Shown piece by piece: positions 35,840 to 49,053 of a DNA stretch of 64,000 bases. The notes under the pieces are model-generated. The model searched no databases. It was not told the DNA's origin and saw only the letters and a program-made list of their open reading frames with translations. How positions within the stretch are numbered: position 1 is the stretch's first letter; every line of letters starts with the position of its first letter. A program made the position numbers and the translations under genes. Source of the stretch: Selaginella moellendorffii (taxonomy: Eukaryota > Plantae > Lycopodiophyta); NCBI RefSeq assembly GCF_000143415.4, contig NW_003314404.1:62001-126000 (forward strand). Reading direction: 5' to 3'.

Positions 35840-36279
35840 AATTCGTGGTGGCACGACACGTGGCAAAGTGCCATGGTTTGCATATATAAGGGGGTCGATC
35901 TAGCAATGCTTTTTGCAGGGGAGAGCTTGAAATATTAGCGTTTGGATCTCCTGGTACCTCCAAATGTGGCCGTTGGGCCTTGGAAGACTGTGACTAAGTT
36001 TCTATGGCCAACTTCATTGTGGTTTAGAGGATAGTGTTAGATATACAGCCCCCCAAAGCTGGCCCATAAATCTTAACACCAAGAAGCAATTGAAGCTTGA
36101 TAAGATTTGAAATTTTACTATTAGATTCTTACAGAAGACTTAGTCAAACATTATGGCTGTGAACTTGCCCTTCTGACAAATTAAAATGAACAAGGAGTGA
36201 ACCCCAACCATTAAAGCTTTACAACTTTAAATCCCACATGGTATAAAACATTTTTAGAATACTCTTATGATTCATGTTA

Positions 36280-38054
36280 TTTTTCCCTCCCCAATGAACC
36301 AACTAGGGATGGTAGTTTCGAGAAGTTAAATGAACCTCACATGAAGTAAGTCTAAGGCAATATAGCCATGAGAAAAAATGTGCAAACAACAATATTAATG
36401 TCATGACAAATGGCCATGAAAGAAAGTAATATAACTTTCTCACATGACAATATAGTCATGGAAACAAGAAAATGAGAATAGAGTAAACAATTTAAATCAT
36501 ATAATAATATGGTTATAAGACTTAATTTTCCCCTTTCTCAAGAATATTACATAAGTTATAACTAAAACTCAAAAATACTCTCTTCACATTATTCTCAATT
36601 TCCCATGTAACTTCATCCATAGAATAATCATTCCACTGAACTAACAACTCATGAATTGTCTTATAGTGTATTTTCATTAATCTTTAAGTAAAAATATTGG
36701 CTGGATTAACCTTCTCAACATCAATCTTTAGGACTTGGATGATAGACTAATCCACAACATCACCAAAGTGTAAATACATTTTAAGTTTACTTATATAAAA
36801 CATTGGATAAATCAGTTGGCAAGTTTTAAAGATAAACAAGATCCTTTATATACTGTAAAATTATTTAAAACCCACAATACCATAAAGACAATTTAGAATT
36901 GCCACTTCTTTTTACAGATTGTTGTGCATGTGACAGCTTAAAGAAAACTTTGTCACCAACTTTACACTTTTAATGACGATGATGCTTATTGGTCAATCTT
37001 TTGTCTCAATTTTAAGCTTGTTTTATATTCAACTTTGCCAACTCAAGCTTGTCTTGCATATCCTCCAAAAAATTACAAACATGAAGCATTTGAACCAAAG
37101 CCAAACTTAAGAGACTTAAGCTTATACCAATACATTGCTATGAATAAATATATGCAAATAACTAATTAACAAGTGCTATTGTGAGCAAATTGAAACAAAA
37201 GCAAGTACCTCTGCTATACTCCTTGTTGAGTCATGTTTCCCATAAAAGACCTTAGCATATCTTCTAACAACTAATCCCTTACAGATGATCAATCACAGCC
37301 TTCCATTGCTTTTTTCAATCAAGAAGTTTGGATCACATTATTGTGCTCTTACATAAATCTGAGTTTATGTACTTAGAAAACACTCAAAAGAAAAGATTTA
37401 TAGAAGATGGTTAGCTCACCATCCCAAGCCAGATACTTTTGTAAGATTATATTGAAGGAGTCATCTGTAAAGAGGATTCATGTGCTTTATTTGCCCATTG
37501 TGGATGCTCACCACTACTCATGCTTAACTTAATCTTTAGCTTCTTAAGTACCATTTGCTAAAACTTAGATATGAACTTAGGATCCCAATCACATCTAATA
37601 AACCATAAAGATTGAATAATTGGTCTACAAACAACTGAGCAAGTTTAGAAACTTTAATTGTTGTTTTCACTAAGAAGAAATAAACCATGTTTGCCAAATG
37701 ATCCATAACAACCCAAATAGCATCATTTCCTCTAAAGGTAAATTAATGATAAAGTCTATTGAAATGTTATCCTATTTATTCTTGGGTACATATAAAGGAT
37801 AATAGAGGCTAGTGAACTTTTGATGATCAACTTTGACTGCATAGTAAATCAAATAATCAAGCATCATCCCAAGCCAAAAGAAATGCCTCTTCACCAATAT
37901 ATATATTTTTAGTACCCTTGGAAACCTAACATATCATAACACTCAACCAAAATCTATTTAATGAGTTTGTCAATACGAAGAACCACTACACATCCTTTCT
38001 TCACCAAAATTCCTATAAGTTTTTGAGTTTGGACTTCCCGGGAGGTCACCCAGC
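36280..38054 (-). mobile_element. Decayed Ty3/gypsy pol, integrase part
   Basis: Minus strand reads DNISIDFIINLP..GNDAIWVVMDHLANMVYF...SKLAQLFVDQL, with stops and frameshifts. AT-enriched. Confidence 0.75.
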
Positions 38055-38287
38055 TGTGAGACACAAATCCCTAAGCCCCAAAGTGGAGCCGAAAGGGTGC
38101 CACGTAGTAGTGGCCGAAGCAAAAGCCAAACGAGCGTAACACGTTTGGACTAAAAGGCTCCGACTTGAGAGGTTGAGAGTGGGAGTGGAACTTCCAATGG
38201 AGTGCTCAAGGAATGAGCATGAAGTGAACAATAAGCGAGGCTCCAAAAAGGGACATAAAAGGACCAACACATGACACGTGGAAGTGT

Positions 38288-38566
38288 TCGAGATGGACCC
38301 GAGATGGAGTCCAAAGTGGAGCCCGAGATGGAGTCCGAGATGGACCTGAGATGGAGTCCGAGATGGAGTCCGAGATGGAGTCTGAGATGGACCCGAGATG
38401 GAGTCCGAGATGGAGTCCGAGATGGACCCGAGATGGAGTCCGAGATGGAACCGAGACCGAGACCGAGACCGAGGCCGAGACCGAGACCGAGGCCAAGACC
38501 GAGACCAAGACCGAGTCCGAGTCCGAAACCGGGACCGAGACCGAGTCCGAGTCTGAGTTCGAGCCC
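38288..38566 (+). repeat. Tandem array in LTR1: (GAGATGGAGTCC/GAGATGGACCC)n then (GAGACC)n/(GAGTCC)n
   Basis: Directly visible 11/12-mer and 6-mer units. Confidence 0.95.
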
Positions 38567-41500
38567 AAGTTTGGCCAGGAAAGGCCAGTTTGGCCCAGGA
38601 AGGCCATACTCAGTGTTGGGTGATGAACTGACCACTGGGAAGTCCAAGACTAGAGTGAATACGGACCGACAAGCGGAGTAGCTTAGTGAAGTGTTCAAGA
38701 GCCGGCTCTAGTTCCCCCGGGAGATCGACTGGCCGATGCTCCTAGTCCAAGTGTGAGTGGCACTACCTACTTGGATACTTGGTGTGGCTCAACGAAACCT
38801 CGCTCTAAGCCCATGGCTAGAGCACCCAAAGGGGGAAGGCGGGGAGAATACCCATGAGGCTGCATAGGGCCACGGTGTTCCGAAATGTTGTCCCAAAGGC
38901 CCAGACTGTGGAAAGGAAGAGGAGTAATCCTTTGGTGTAGTGACCAAGGATACAGTCGAGTGGTGAGGAAGTCCTAGAGGACTGTGGGACTTAATGGTCG
39001 AGCCTGTGGGCCTCAATCCAGTGGCAGTGTTGGCGAACACGGCCAGAGGCAGAAAGGGACTTGGTGAAGACCGGAAAAGGGATATTGGGGAAGGCTATTC
39101 CCCATGTCTGTGGGCATCCTAAGGATGCTAAGGAGTGGATCTGGAATGATCACTCTTGGATGGATGGCCCAGTCCTTGAGAGATGGGACTATGATGCAGG
39201 TGGTGTTAGACCTCCGGTGTGACCAAGGTAAAGGGGCATGGCCTTAGCGTAACGGGCTGATATGTCGGTGGTACCTTGGGGTGTCGGTCATGGGATCGGA
39301 CACGTGGAGCACTTGGATCAAGTGCAAAGGTTGAGTGGCGGGGATGCCATTCTCGGGGCTAGCAAGCCCAAGTCTGAAATAGGACTTATGGAGGTTGTGA
39401 GTGAGACTCCTCCAAGTGGTTGGAAGTGTGGTTAAGTGACTAAAGTAGAATGGAAAATTTAGTCGCTTACAACTTGGTATCGGAGCTGTTCCTTAGTCCG
39501 ACTTTTATTAGTGACTAAGTATATCACCGCTTGTATTGGAATCGGAAGGTCTTAGATATGGACCTATCCTCGAGGAGTAGCATGTCGAAAGGACATGGCT
39601 CTCCACTCAAGTTCATGCATGAACTTGTGCATGATATGGTGGATGGAAAAGGGCCAGTAAGGGAACGACTTTGGAATCTTGGGAACAGTATAAGGGTTTC
39701 CTCAAAGAGCTGAGGATGTGATCCAGATGAGCGTTTGACGCAGCAAACGAGCTAATGTAGTTGTGGTAAACAACTATAGTTGGGATCACGGGAAAGATGC
39801 AGAGTCCAAAACAATAAAGGAGTCACAAGATTACCCTTATATGGTTGAAGCTGGTACTCATAAATTTGAGACCGGAATTATTGACCGTGGGAGGTCAAAT
39901 ACAAAAGAGGACACCAGTCCTTGAAATGGTAGTCGGGGCTACTTCTAATAAATGCTGGAACAACCCAAGGAGTTGGGGGTGTACTTAAAGATGAGTTGCT
40001 ATCCTCATCACATGAACAAGTAGTCTTAAGGGGCAAAGGGTAGCCCCAAGAAAATCATCAAGTGTCAGAGTAACATTTGCAAATATTGTCTTTGTGAGTA
40101 GGATATGAATACAAGAAGTTGTATTCCAGTGAGTTGGCACCTCTAAGACTGAGACCTCGCAGGTTGTTGGATAAGCAAAGTCCAAAATGCTGGATGACTC
40201 AAGCGGAGTCAGAGAATGGTCCTAAGGGATTGGTTGGAGCATTTGGACTGAGGTGTATGGTGCCCCATGAGGTATAGGGAGGATCATAAGATCCAAGTAT
40301 GAAAACAGTAGGTATTTCATTGATGGCAGAATGTGCCATACTAAAGTTGTGAGAAAGATGTTCCCAGAAGAAAACAACTTTGGCCCAAAGTTGGGTGCAA
40401 ACACTATGGTGCGGTGCTAATGGATAGTTAGCATGAGGAATAACTATATTGGTCTTGGCAAAGACCTAGACACTAATAAGTAGTGTCATAAAAGTAGGTT
40501 CGTGGGGCTGATGGTGTGGAGACACCAAATGTGCCAAGGTGTGATACCTTGAGGTTATGTTGGTGGGTTCATAAGAACCCCTTGCCAAGGGAATCCCAAC
40601 GGAAGCGGGAATGGCATGGCCTAAGCTGGAAGACATGCGGTTGGAGTGTGGTGACCCAGATAATGATGGAGGTGTGAAAGCACCAAGCAATGAGTTGTAA
40701 AACTTGACAACTATGGGGCAACTAAGTAAGAGGTGCAAGATAATTGGTTAAATGGGTAAAAGGTAGCTACCCAAAACTTTTTAATGGCATAAGGAAGTTA
40801 GATATACCCTTACGGGGGATAAATTGCTTATGTTGTAAGATAGTAAGTCAATGTCGTAAACGGGAATGCTCATTGTCAGGAGGCCATCATTGGGACACCC
40901 AAACACTCTAGAACACCAGGAGGTGGTGTTTCGTGTTGCAAGGGCAATAGATAAGGCCCAAGGGACTAAGTCCCTAGCGAATGATGGATAGTAGGTGCTA
41001 TCCAAATGTCCAAGGTTGTGGAGACAGGAGAAGATTGTTTACCCGAATTGGACAAAGCCAAAAATGGAATTTTGGCAAGGCTAGTGATGGGCATGTAAAG
41101 GCACATAAGTAGCAACGTTAATCCCGATGTGTGGGATTATAAGGTAAGCATGCCCAAGATTGAGGAACCACTCCCTAGGCTATCGGGTAGGTTCATCCCT
41201 AAGAATACTTGCTAAGGCATAGTAAAATGTGCAAAGCTATCCTCCTAGTCTGGAGGAGAATAACCAAAGGAAACATATGGGGCCAAAAGGCAAGTAATAT
41301 TGGGATGGAACTGAACCATAGAAATCAAAGGGCATATCCAATGGTGGTTATGCAAGTTGGGAGTGGAGAATCAAGAGGGTGCTCGAGGATGTTGTTGCTA
41401 GCAACCATGATGCTATGAAGAGTCTAAAATATGGAATTGTCCATGTTAGACTATATGGCAACTATAAAGCTTGCGAAAAGGGAGGCCTTAGCAAGCTAAG

Positions 41501-42029
41501 GGACAGAGTTCCTTCAAGGTTCCCAAAGACGATTCTAGGTAACTCAGTACCTAGAAAGGCCAAGTGTAAATGGTTCATGGAACGGGCGAAATCAGAGTGG
41601 CGCAGCAGAAGCGTGGTCTTGAAGCTTGCCATGAGGCAAGGCTATCAAGGTTAAGGAAGTAGTTCCCGAGTGTTCAAATAGAAGGCTTTGAACGAAAGTC
41701 GATGGTCAAGGACTTTCACGCTTATGTAGGGACCATGTTACAGTGGTCGGAGGACTTGCCAAGCGAGATTGGCAAGTCGGGGGAACAAATACCCTAGTGT
41801 GAGACACAAAATCCCTAGGCCCCAAAGTGGAGCCGGAAGGGCGCCACATGGTAGTGGCCGAAGCGAGAGCCAAACGAGCGTAACACGTTTGGACCAAAAG
41901 CTCCGACTTGAAAAGTCAAGAGCAGGAGTGGAACTCCCAATGAAGTGCTCGAGGGACGAGCACGAAGCGAGCAAAAGGCGAGGCTCCAAAAAGGGACCCA
42001 AAAGGACCAACACATGACACGTGGGAGTG

Positions 42030-42472
42030 TCCGAGATGGACTCGAGATGGAGTCCGAAGTGGAGTCCGAGATGAAGTCCGAGATGGACCCGAGTTGGAGT
42101 CCAAAGTGGAGTCCGAGATGGACCCGAGTTGGAGTCCGAAGTGGAGTCCGAGATGGACCCGAGATGGAGTCCGAGATAGAGTCCGAAGTGGAGTCCGAGG
42201 TGGACCCGAGATGGACCCGAGTTGGAGTCCGAAGTGGAGTCCGAGATGGACCCGAGATGGAGTCCAAGATGGAGTCCGAGATGGAGTCCGAAGTGGACCC
42301 GAGATGGACCCGAAATGGAGTCCGAGATGAAGTCCGAGATGGACCCGAGATGGAGTCCGAGATGGAGTCCGAGATGGACCCGAGATGGACCCGAGATGGA
42401 GTCCGAGATGGAGTCCGAGATGGAGTCCGAGATGGAGTCCGAGATGGAGTCCGAAGTCGAGACCGAGACCGG

Positions 42473-42504
<32 letters not shown>

Positions 42505-42617
42505 TCGGGACCGAGACCGAGGCCGAGACCGAGGCCGAGGCCGAGACCGAGCCCGAGTCCGAGTCCGAGTCCGAATCCGAGTTCGAGTCCGAGTCCGAGT
42601 CCGAGTCCGAGTCCGGA
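42030..42617 (+). repeat. Tandem array in LTR2
   Basis: Same 11/12-mer and hexamer units, longest of the four copies. Confidence 0.95.
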
Positions 42618-45600
42618 GCCTGAGAGGGTGAAAGCCCAAAGCGTTCGTCTCCCAGACCCTGGGGGGTTTGGTGAGCTCCAAAAGTATAGTAGGGGGAGGA
42701 CTGCAGTGGAGCCAGTTTGGCCAGGAAAGGCCAGTTTGGCCCAGGAAGGCCGGACCCAGTGTTGGGTGATGAGCTGCCCACTAGAAAGTCCAAGACTAGA
42801 GTGAACACGGACCGACAAGCGGGGTAGCTTGGTGAAGTGTTCAAGAGCCGGCTCTAGTTCCCCCGGGAGATCGACTGGCCGATGCTCCCAGTCCAAGTGT
42901 GGGTGGCACTACCTACTTGGATACCTGTCGTGGCTCAACGGAACCTCGCTCTAAGCCCATGGCTAGAGCACCTAAAGGCGAAAGGCGGGGAGAGTACCCA
43001 AGTGGCTCGCGTAAGGCCACGGTGTTCCGAAATGTTGTCCCAAAGGCCCAGACTGTGGAAAGGAAGAGGAGCAGTCCTTTGGGGCAGTGACCAAGGACGC
43101 AGTCGTGTGGTGAGGAAGTCTCAGAGGACCGTGGGACTTAGGGGTCGGGCCTGTGGGCCTCGATCCAGTGGCAGTGTTGGCAAACACGGCCAAGGGCAGA
43201 AAGGGACTTAGAGGGGACTGACAGAGGGATATTGGGGAAGGCTATTCCCCTTGTCGGTGGGCATCCCAAGGATGCTAAGGAGTGGGTCTGAGATGACCAC
43301 TCACGGATGGTTTGCCTGGTCTTGGAGAGCCAAGACTGTGATGCAAGTGGTATTGGACTACCAGTGTGGCAAAGGTGATTGGGCATGGCCTTAGCGTAAC
43401 AAGCTGCCATGTCGGTGGTACCTTTGAGTATCGGTCATGGGATCGGACACGTGGAGCACTTGGACCAAGTGCAAATGTTGAGTGGCATGGATGCCATTCT
43501 TGGGGCTAGCAAGTCCCAAGTCCTGAATTGGACTTATGGAGGTTGTGAATGAGACTCCTCCAAGTGATCGGAGGTGTGGTTAAGTGACTAAAGTAGAATA
43601 GAAAATTTAGTCGCTTACAACTTGGTATCGGAGCTGTTCCTTAGTCCGACTTTTATTGGTGCTCAAGTATATCACCACTAGTGTTGGCATCGGAAGGTCC
43701 GAGGAGTGGGCCTATCCTTGAGGAGTAGCAAGTCAGGAAGGCATGGCTCTCCATTACAGTTCATGTGTGAACTTGTAGACGAGGTGGTGGATAAAAAAAA
43801 AGGGCCAATAATGGAACGACTTTGGGATCTTGGGAACAGTGCAAGATTTTCCTCATTGAGTTGAGGATGTGATCCGGATGAGCATTTGTCCCAACAAATT
43901 GGCTAAGGTTGTTGTGGTAAAAAACTAAAGTTGGGATCACGGGAAAGATAAAGACTCCAAAACAATAAAGGAGTCACAAGATTATCCTCATATAGTTGAG
44001 GTTGGTGCTCATGAATATGAGACCAGAGGTAATGACCGTGGGAGGTCAAATACGGAAGAGGACTCAAGTCCTTGAAATGGTAGCCGAGGCTACCTTTAAT
44101 AAATGCTGGAACAACCCAAGGAGTTGGGGGGTGTACTTAGAGATGAGTGGTATTCTCATCGCATGGACAAGTAGTCCTAAGGGGCAAAAGTTGCCCCCAG
44201 AGAACAAAATCAAGTGTCGGAGTAACACTTGTGAAAATAGTCCTTTTGAGTAGGACAGGAATGCAAGAAGTGTATTCCAGTGAGCTAGTGCCTCACAAGT
44301 AGGACCTTAAGGGTCTGTGGATTAACCAAGTCCAAAACTGCTGTTGACTCAAGTAGAGTCAAGGGATGGTCCTAAAAGGACTAATGGAAGCATTTGGACT
44401 GAGGTGTGTTGTACCCCACAAAGGATGGGGGGGGGATCATAGGATCCAGGGATGAGAACAGAGGGTATCTCATCGATGGCAAAATGTGCCATGCTAAAGT
44501 TATGGGAAAGGTGTTCCCAGAAGAAAACAACTTTGACACAAAGTTGTGTGTGACCTCTATGGTGCAGTGCTAACGGATGGTTGGCATGAGAAAGAGCGGT
44601 GTTGGTCTTGGCAAAGACATAAACACGAAGGGGAAGTGTCATAGAGGTAGGCTCGTGGAGCCGATGGTGTGGAGACACCAAATGTGCCAAGGTGTGATAC
44701 CTTGAGGCTATGTTGGTGGGTTCATGAGAACCCCTTGCCAAAGGAATCCCAATGGAAATGGGAATGGCATAGCCTAAGCTGCAGAGCATGCAGTTGGAGT
44801 GCGGTGACCCAGATAATGATGGAGGTGTGAAAGCACTAAACAATGAGTTGTAGGACTTGACAACTATGAGGCAACTAAGCAAGAGGTGCGAAATAACTGG
44901 TTGAATGGGTAAAAGGTAGCTACCCAAGACTTCTTAATAGCATAGGGAAGTCGGATATACCCTTACGGGGGATAAGTTGCTTGTGTTGCAATATAGTAAG
45001 TCAATGTCATAAAAGGAAATACTCATTGTCAAGAAAGCCATTATTGGGACACCCAAACACTCTAGAACACCAGAAGGTGGTGTTTGATGTCGCGAGGGCA
45101 ATAGATAAAGCCCAAGGGACTAAGTCCCTAGCGAATGATGGATAGTAGGTGCTATCCAAATGTCCAAGGTTGCGGAGACAGGAGAGGACTGTCTACCTGA
45201 GTTGGACAAAGCCAAGAATGGAATTTTGGCAAGGCTAGTGATGGGCATGTAAAGGCCTATAAGCAACAATGTAATCCCAGTGTGTGGGATTATAAAGTGA
45301 GCATACCCGAATTGAGGAACCTCTCCCTGGGCTATTGGGTAGGTTCATCCCTAAGAATACTTGCTAAGGCATGATAGAAAGTGCAAAGCTATCCTCCTGG
45401 TCTGGAGGAGAATAACCAAAGGAAACATATGGGGCCAAAAGGCAAGTAGTATTGGGATGGAATTGAACCATAGAAATCGAAGGGCATAACCAAGGTTGGT
45501 TATGCTAGCTGGGAGTGGAGAATCAAGTGGGGGCTTGAGGGTGTTGCCGCTAGCAACCGTGATGCCATGGAGAGTCTAAAATATGGAATTGTCCATGTTA

Positions 45601-46108
45601 GACTATGTGGCATTTGGAAGGCTTGCAAAAAGGGAGGCCTTAGCAAGCTGAGGGACAGAGTTCCTTCAAGGTTCCCAAAGACGATTCTAGGTAGCTTAGT
45701 ACCTAGAAAGGCCAAGTGTAAATGGTTCATGGAACGCGCGAAATCAGAGTAGCGCAGCAGAAGCGTGGTCTTGAAGCTTGCCATGATGCAAGGCTATCAA
45801 GGTTAGGGAAGTAGTTCCCGAGTGTTCAAAGAGAGGGCTTTGAACGAAAGTTGATGGTTAAGGACTTCCACGCTTATGCATGAACCATGTTACGATGGCC
45901 GGATGACTTGCTAAATGAGATTGGCAAGTTGGGGGGAACAAATACCCTAGTTGAAGATGCTAACTTCAAAAAGGGTGGCCCATGGGGCCAAGCATGGAGG
46001 AGCCCATGCATGATCACAGATATGTCAAGTGAGAGGACTTGGCAGTGTGGGGGAACTAGGTTCCTAAGCTGTGATCTGTAGCGCGCTTTAAAAATAAGTT
46101 GGTGCACC

Positions 46109-46620
46109 GGCGTGGGGAGTCACGCCAGGCATCTTGTGTGATGCCGTCCGTAGATGCATATACGGAGGTTGGGTTCGAGTCCCGACCCTCTAGTGCTTGG
46201 GTTCGAGTCCCAAATCACTAGGGCGTGGTGATGGTTTGGAATATGAGGACACTCATATTTCGGTGGTCATGGACTCTCAGTGGGGAGACTGGTTTGGGCA
46301 CACCGCCAAGCGAGGGATGCCTCGGAGTCGTGATGCACGGTTAGATTGCTTAGTGTGAAAGCTCAGCATATCTAACTTGAACGCTTTGGTGCAAGTGGCA
46401 CCAAGGTCGTGGTGAGTGAGATGGGGACACCTAATCTCAGTTGCTATGAACCCTTGGCCGTAAGGGCTGGCTTGGGTGCACCGCCAAGTGTGGGGGATGC
46501 CCCCGGGGTTATAGTCAACAACTTGGAGGTCTAGAAGACCAAGTACCTCTTGGCAACTCTGTTAAGGTGCCAAGGTGAGATCACTAGGTGATCTTATGGC
46601 CAGATAAGGACAAGGTCCTT
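46109..46620 (+). other. Conserved multi-hairpin RNA module with two tRNA T-arm/B-box motifs (inner copy; paralog at ~49672-50183)
   Basis: Consecutive stems GGCGTG/CACGCC, GGCATC/GATGCC, TCCGTA/TACGGA, two GGG-TTCGAGT-CCC arms, AATATGAG/CTCATATT, TTGGTGC/GCACCAA, CCCTT/AAGGG, AGATCAC/GTGATCT, AAGGAC/GTCCTT. Confidence 0.65.
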
Positions 46621-47953
46621 GGTTGGCTAAGGAATGAAGTTCCTGGTTCAAAATGTTGAAATTGAACTATTTAAGGTGGTGTGGCTTGGTCGTGATGACC
46701 AAGTGGAAAGAGCACCTAAGGGAAATAAACTATGTCCGTGCGATGGCATAGTGAGTCCGAGGAAAGTAGTCTCTATAAAAGACCCATGGGAGGGTCACGA
46801 AGTTGGGCCGTGGATAGAGCCCATAGCAGAAGATGCTAAAGAGACGTACTAGGGGTGAACATCCTCCGGACTTGGCAAAGAAGAGTCTTTGCTATGGAAC
46901 CGAAACAATACCTCAAGGAGGGAGGTAGAGATTCGATGTTGCTTGGTGCAACAATCAACGGATAAGAGCAAAAGATGAGTGGCCAAGATAGGGCCGTGGA
47001 ATCCCTTGGAAGGAATCCAAGTGACAAAGTTAGGCGAGGAATACTAATGTGTTGGACGCTAACAAGTTGCGGGAAAGGAAGTGTGTTTCCAAGGAGGGAT
47101 TCCGAAATGCTCCGATTTGGCGAAAGTGGAAGCTCCAAGGGAGGGAGCGGTAAAGTAGCCAAATGATAGGGCTATGAACAGCCCTAGCACAAAGTATGAT
47201 AACTGGAACTTTGGCACGAAATAGAAGAGAGGATGATGGTGCCCTCGAGTAGAGAACTTCCTAGGATGGGAAGTGGAGTTGCACAAAAGGTGCAAGGCAA
47301 GGTGTCGGAGACACCTAGGAAATTGACTCCAAGAAGTCAAAATTCAAAGTTCCAAAGTGCAAAGGTTATATCGATGGAAATTGAGACTACTCGAGAAGGA
47401 GTAGTGGGATTGACTTAGAGAAGGGTCTCTAAGAGGTTTAGCGAGAACTAAACCAATAAAAGGAGAGAACCACTATATGTGGTCCAATCAGTCTCTAAGT
47501 TGGAGAGACTACCCTCCTTAGAGGATATGCAAAAGGCATGGTGAGCCTTCAATGTCCAACCATTGACGAATATGGAGAAGGCATGGTGAGCCTTCAATGT
47601 CACACCATTGACAAATATTGGCTACGCGCCAAGGATGGAAATGATAACACATGCGGGTGTTACTTTATAAAATGGTTCACCGTTCGATGAGGACATCGAA
47701 CTTCGTCTATGGGTGGTGGAGTTGTGAGACACAAAATCCCTAGGCCCCAAAGTGGAGCCGGAAGGGCGCCACATGGTAGTGGCCGAAGCGAGAGCCAAAC
47801 GAGTGTAACACGTTTGGACCAAAAGCTCCGACTTGAAAAGTCAAGAGCAGGAGTGGAACTCCCAATGAAGTGCTCGAGGGACGAGCACGAAGCGAGCAAA
47901 AGGCGAGGCTCCAAAAAGGGACCCAAAAGGACCAACACATGACACGTGGGAGT

Positions 47954-48495
47954 GTCCGAGATGGACTCGAGATGGAGTCCGAAGTGGAGTCCGAGATGAA
48001 GTCCGAGATGGACCCGAGTTGGAGTCCGAAGTGGAGTCCGAGATGGACCCGAGTTGGAGTCCGAAGTGGAGTCCGAGATGGACCCGAGATGGAGTCTGAG
48101 ATGGAGTCCGAAGTGGAGTCCGAGGTGGACCCGAGATGGACCCGAGTTGGAGTCCGAAGTGGAGTCCGAGATGGACCCGAGATGGAGTCCGAGATGGAGT
48201 CCGAGATGGAGTCCGAGGTGGACCCGAGATGGACCCGAAATGGAGTCCGAGATGAAGTCCGAGATGGAGTCCGAGATGGAGTCCGAGATGGACCCGAGAT
48301 GGACCCGAGATGGAGTCCGAGATGGAGTCCGAAGTCGAGACCGAGACCGGGACCGGGACCGAGACCGAGACCGAGACCGAGATCGGGACCGAGACCGAGG
48401 CCGAGACCGAGGCCGAGGCCGAGACCGAGCCCGAGCCCGAGTCCGAGTCCGAATCCGAGTCCGAGTCCGAGTCCGAGTCCGAGTCCGAGTCCGGA
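47954..48495 (+). repeat. Tandem array in LTR3
   Basis: Same units, with a different copy number from LTR2. Confidence 0.95.
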
Positions 48496-48953
48496 GCCTG
48501 AGAGGGTGAAAGCCCAAAGCGTTCGTCTCCCAGACCCTGGGGGGTTTGGTGAGCTCCAAAAGTATAGTAGGGGGAGGACTGCAGTGGAGCCAGTTTGGCC
48601 AGGAAAGGCCAGTTTGGCCCAGGAAGGCCGGACCCAGTGTTGGGTGATGAGCTGCCCACTAGGAAGTCCAAGACTAGAGTGAACACGGACCGACAAGCGG
48701 GGTAGCTTGGTGAAGTGTTCAAGAGCCGGCTCTAGTTCCCCCGGGAGATCGACTGGCCGATGCTCCCAGTCCAAGTGTGGGTGGCACTACCTACTTGGAT
48801 ACCTGTCGTGGCTCAACGGAACCTCGCTCTAAGCCCATGGCTAGAGCACCTAAAGGCGAAAGGCGGGGAGAGTACCCAAGTGGCTCGCGTAAGGCCACGG
48901 TGTTCCGAAATGTTGTCCCAAAGGCCCAGACTGTGGATGGACCCAACAAATCA

Positions 48954-49053
48954 NNNNNNNNNNNNNNNNNNNNNNNNNNNNNNNNNNNNNNNNNNNNNNN
49001 NNNNNNNNNNNNNNNNNNNNNNNNNNNNNNNNNNNNNNNNNNNNNNNNNNNNN
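48954..49053. other. Assembly gap (100 N) in LTR3
   Basis: Run of N. Confidence 1.

Noticed and set aside
42030-42617. CRISPR-like array
   Set aside because: Contiguous short tandem units without unique spacers, eukaryotic context, no cas genes.
42760-42795. Hammerhead ribozyme (retrozyme) core suggested by TGATGAG...GAAA in the LTR
   Set aside because: Lacks the C of CUGAUGA, has no stem II, and the motif is not kept in LTR1 or LTR3.
41738-42896. Long RS/SD/GL-rich ORFs in several frames (also at 38150-38698, 47660-48774, 51364-52023)
   Set aside because: By-products of stop-free tandem repeats inside LTRs, open on both strands, with no coding signature.
46150-46225. Bona fide tRNA gene
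   Set aside because: Only T-arm/B-box motifs. No acceptor stem, anticodon arm or clear A-box at the right spacing, so reported as a structured module instead.
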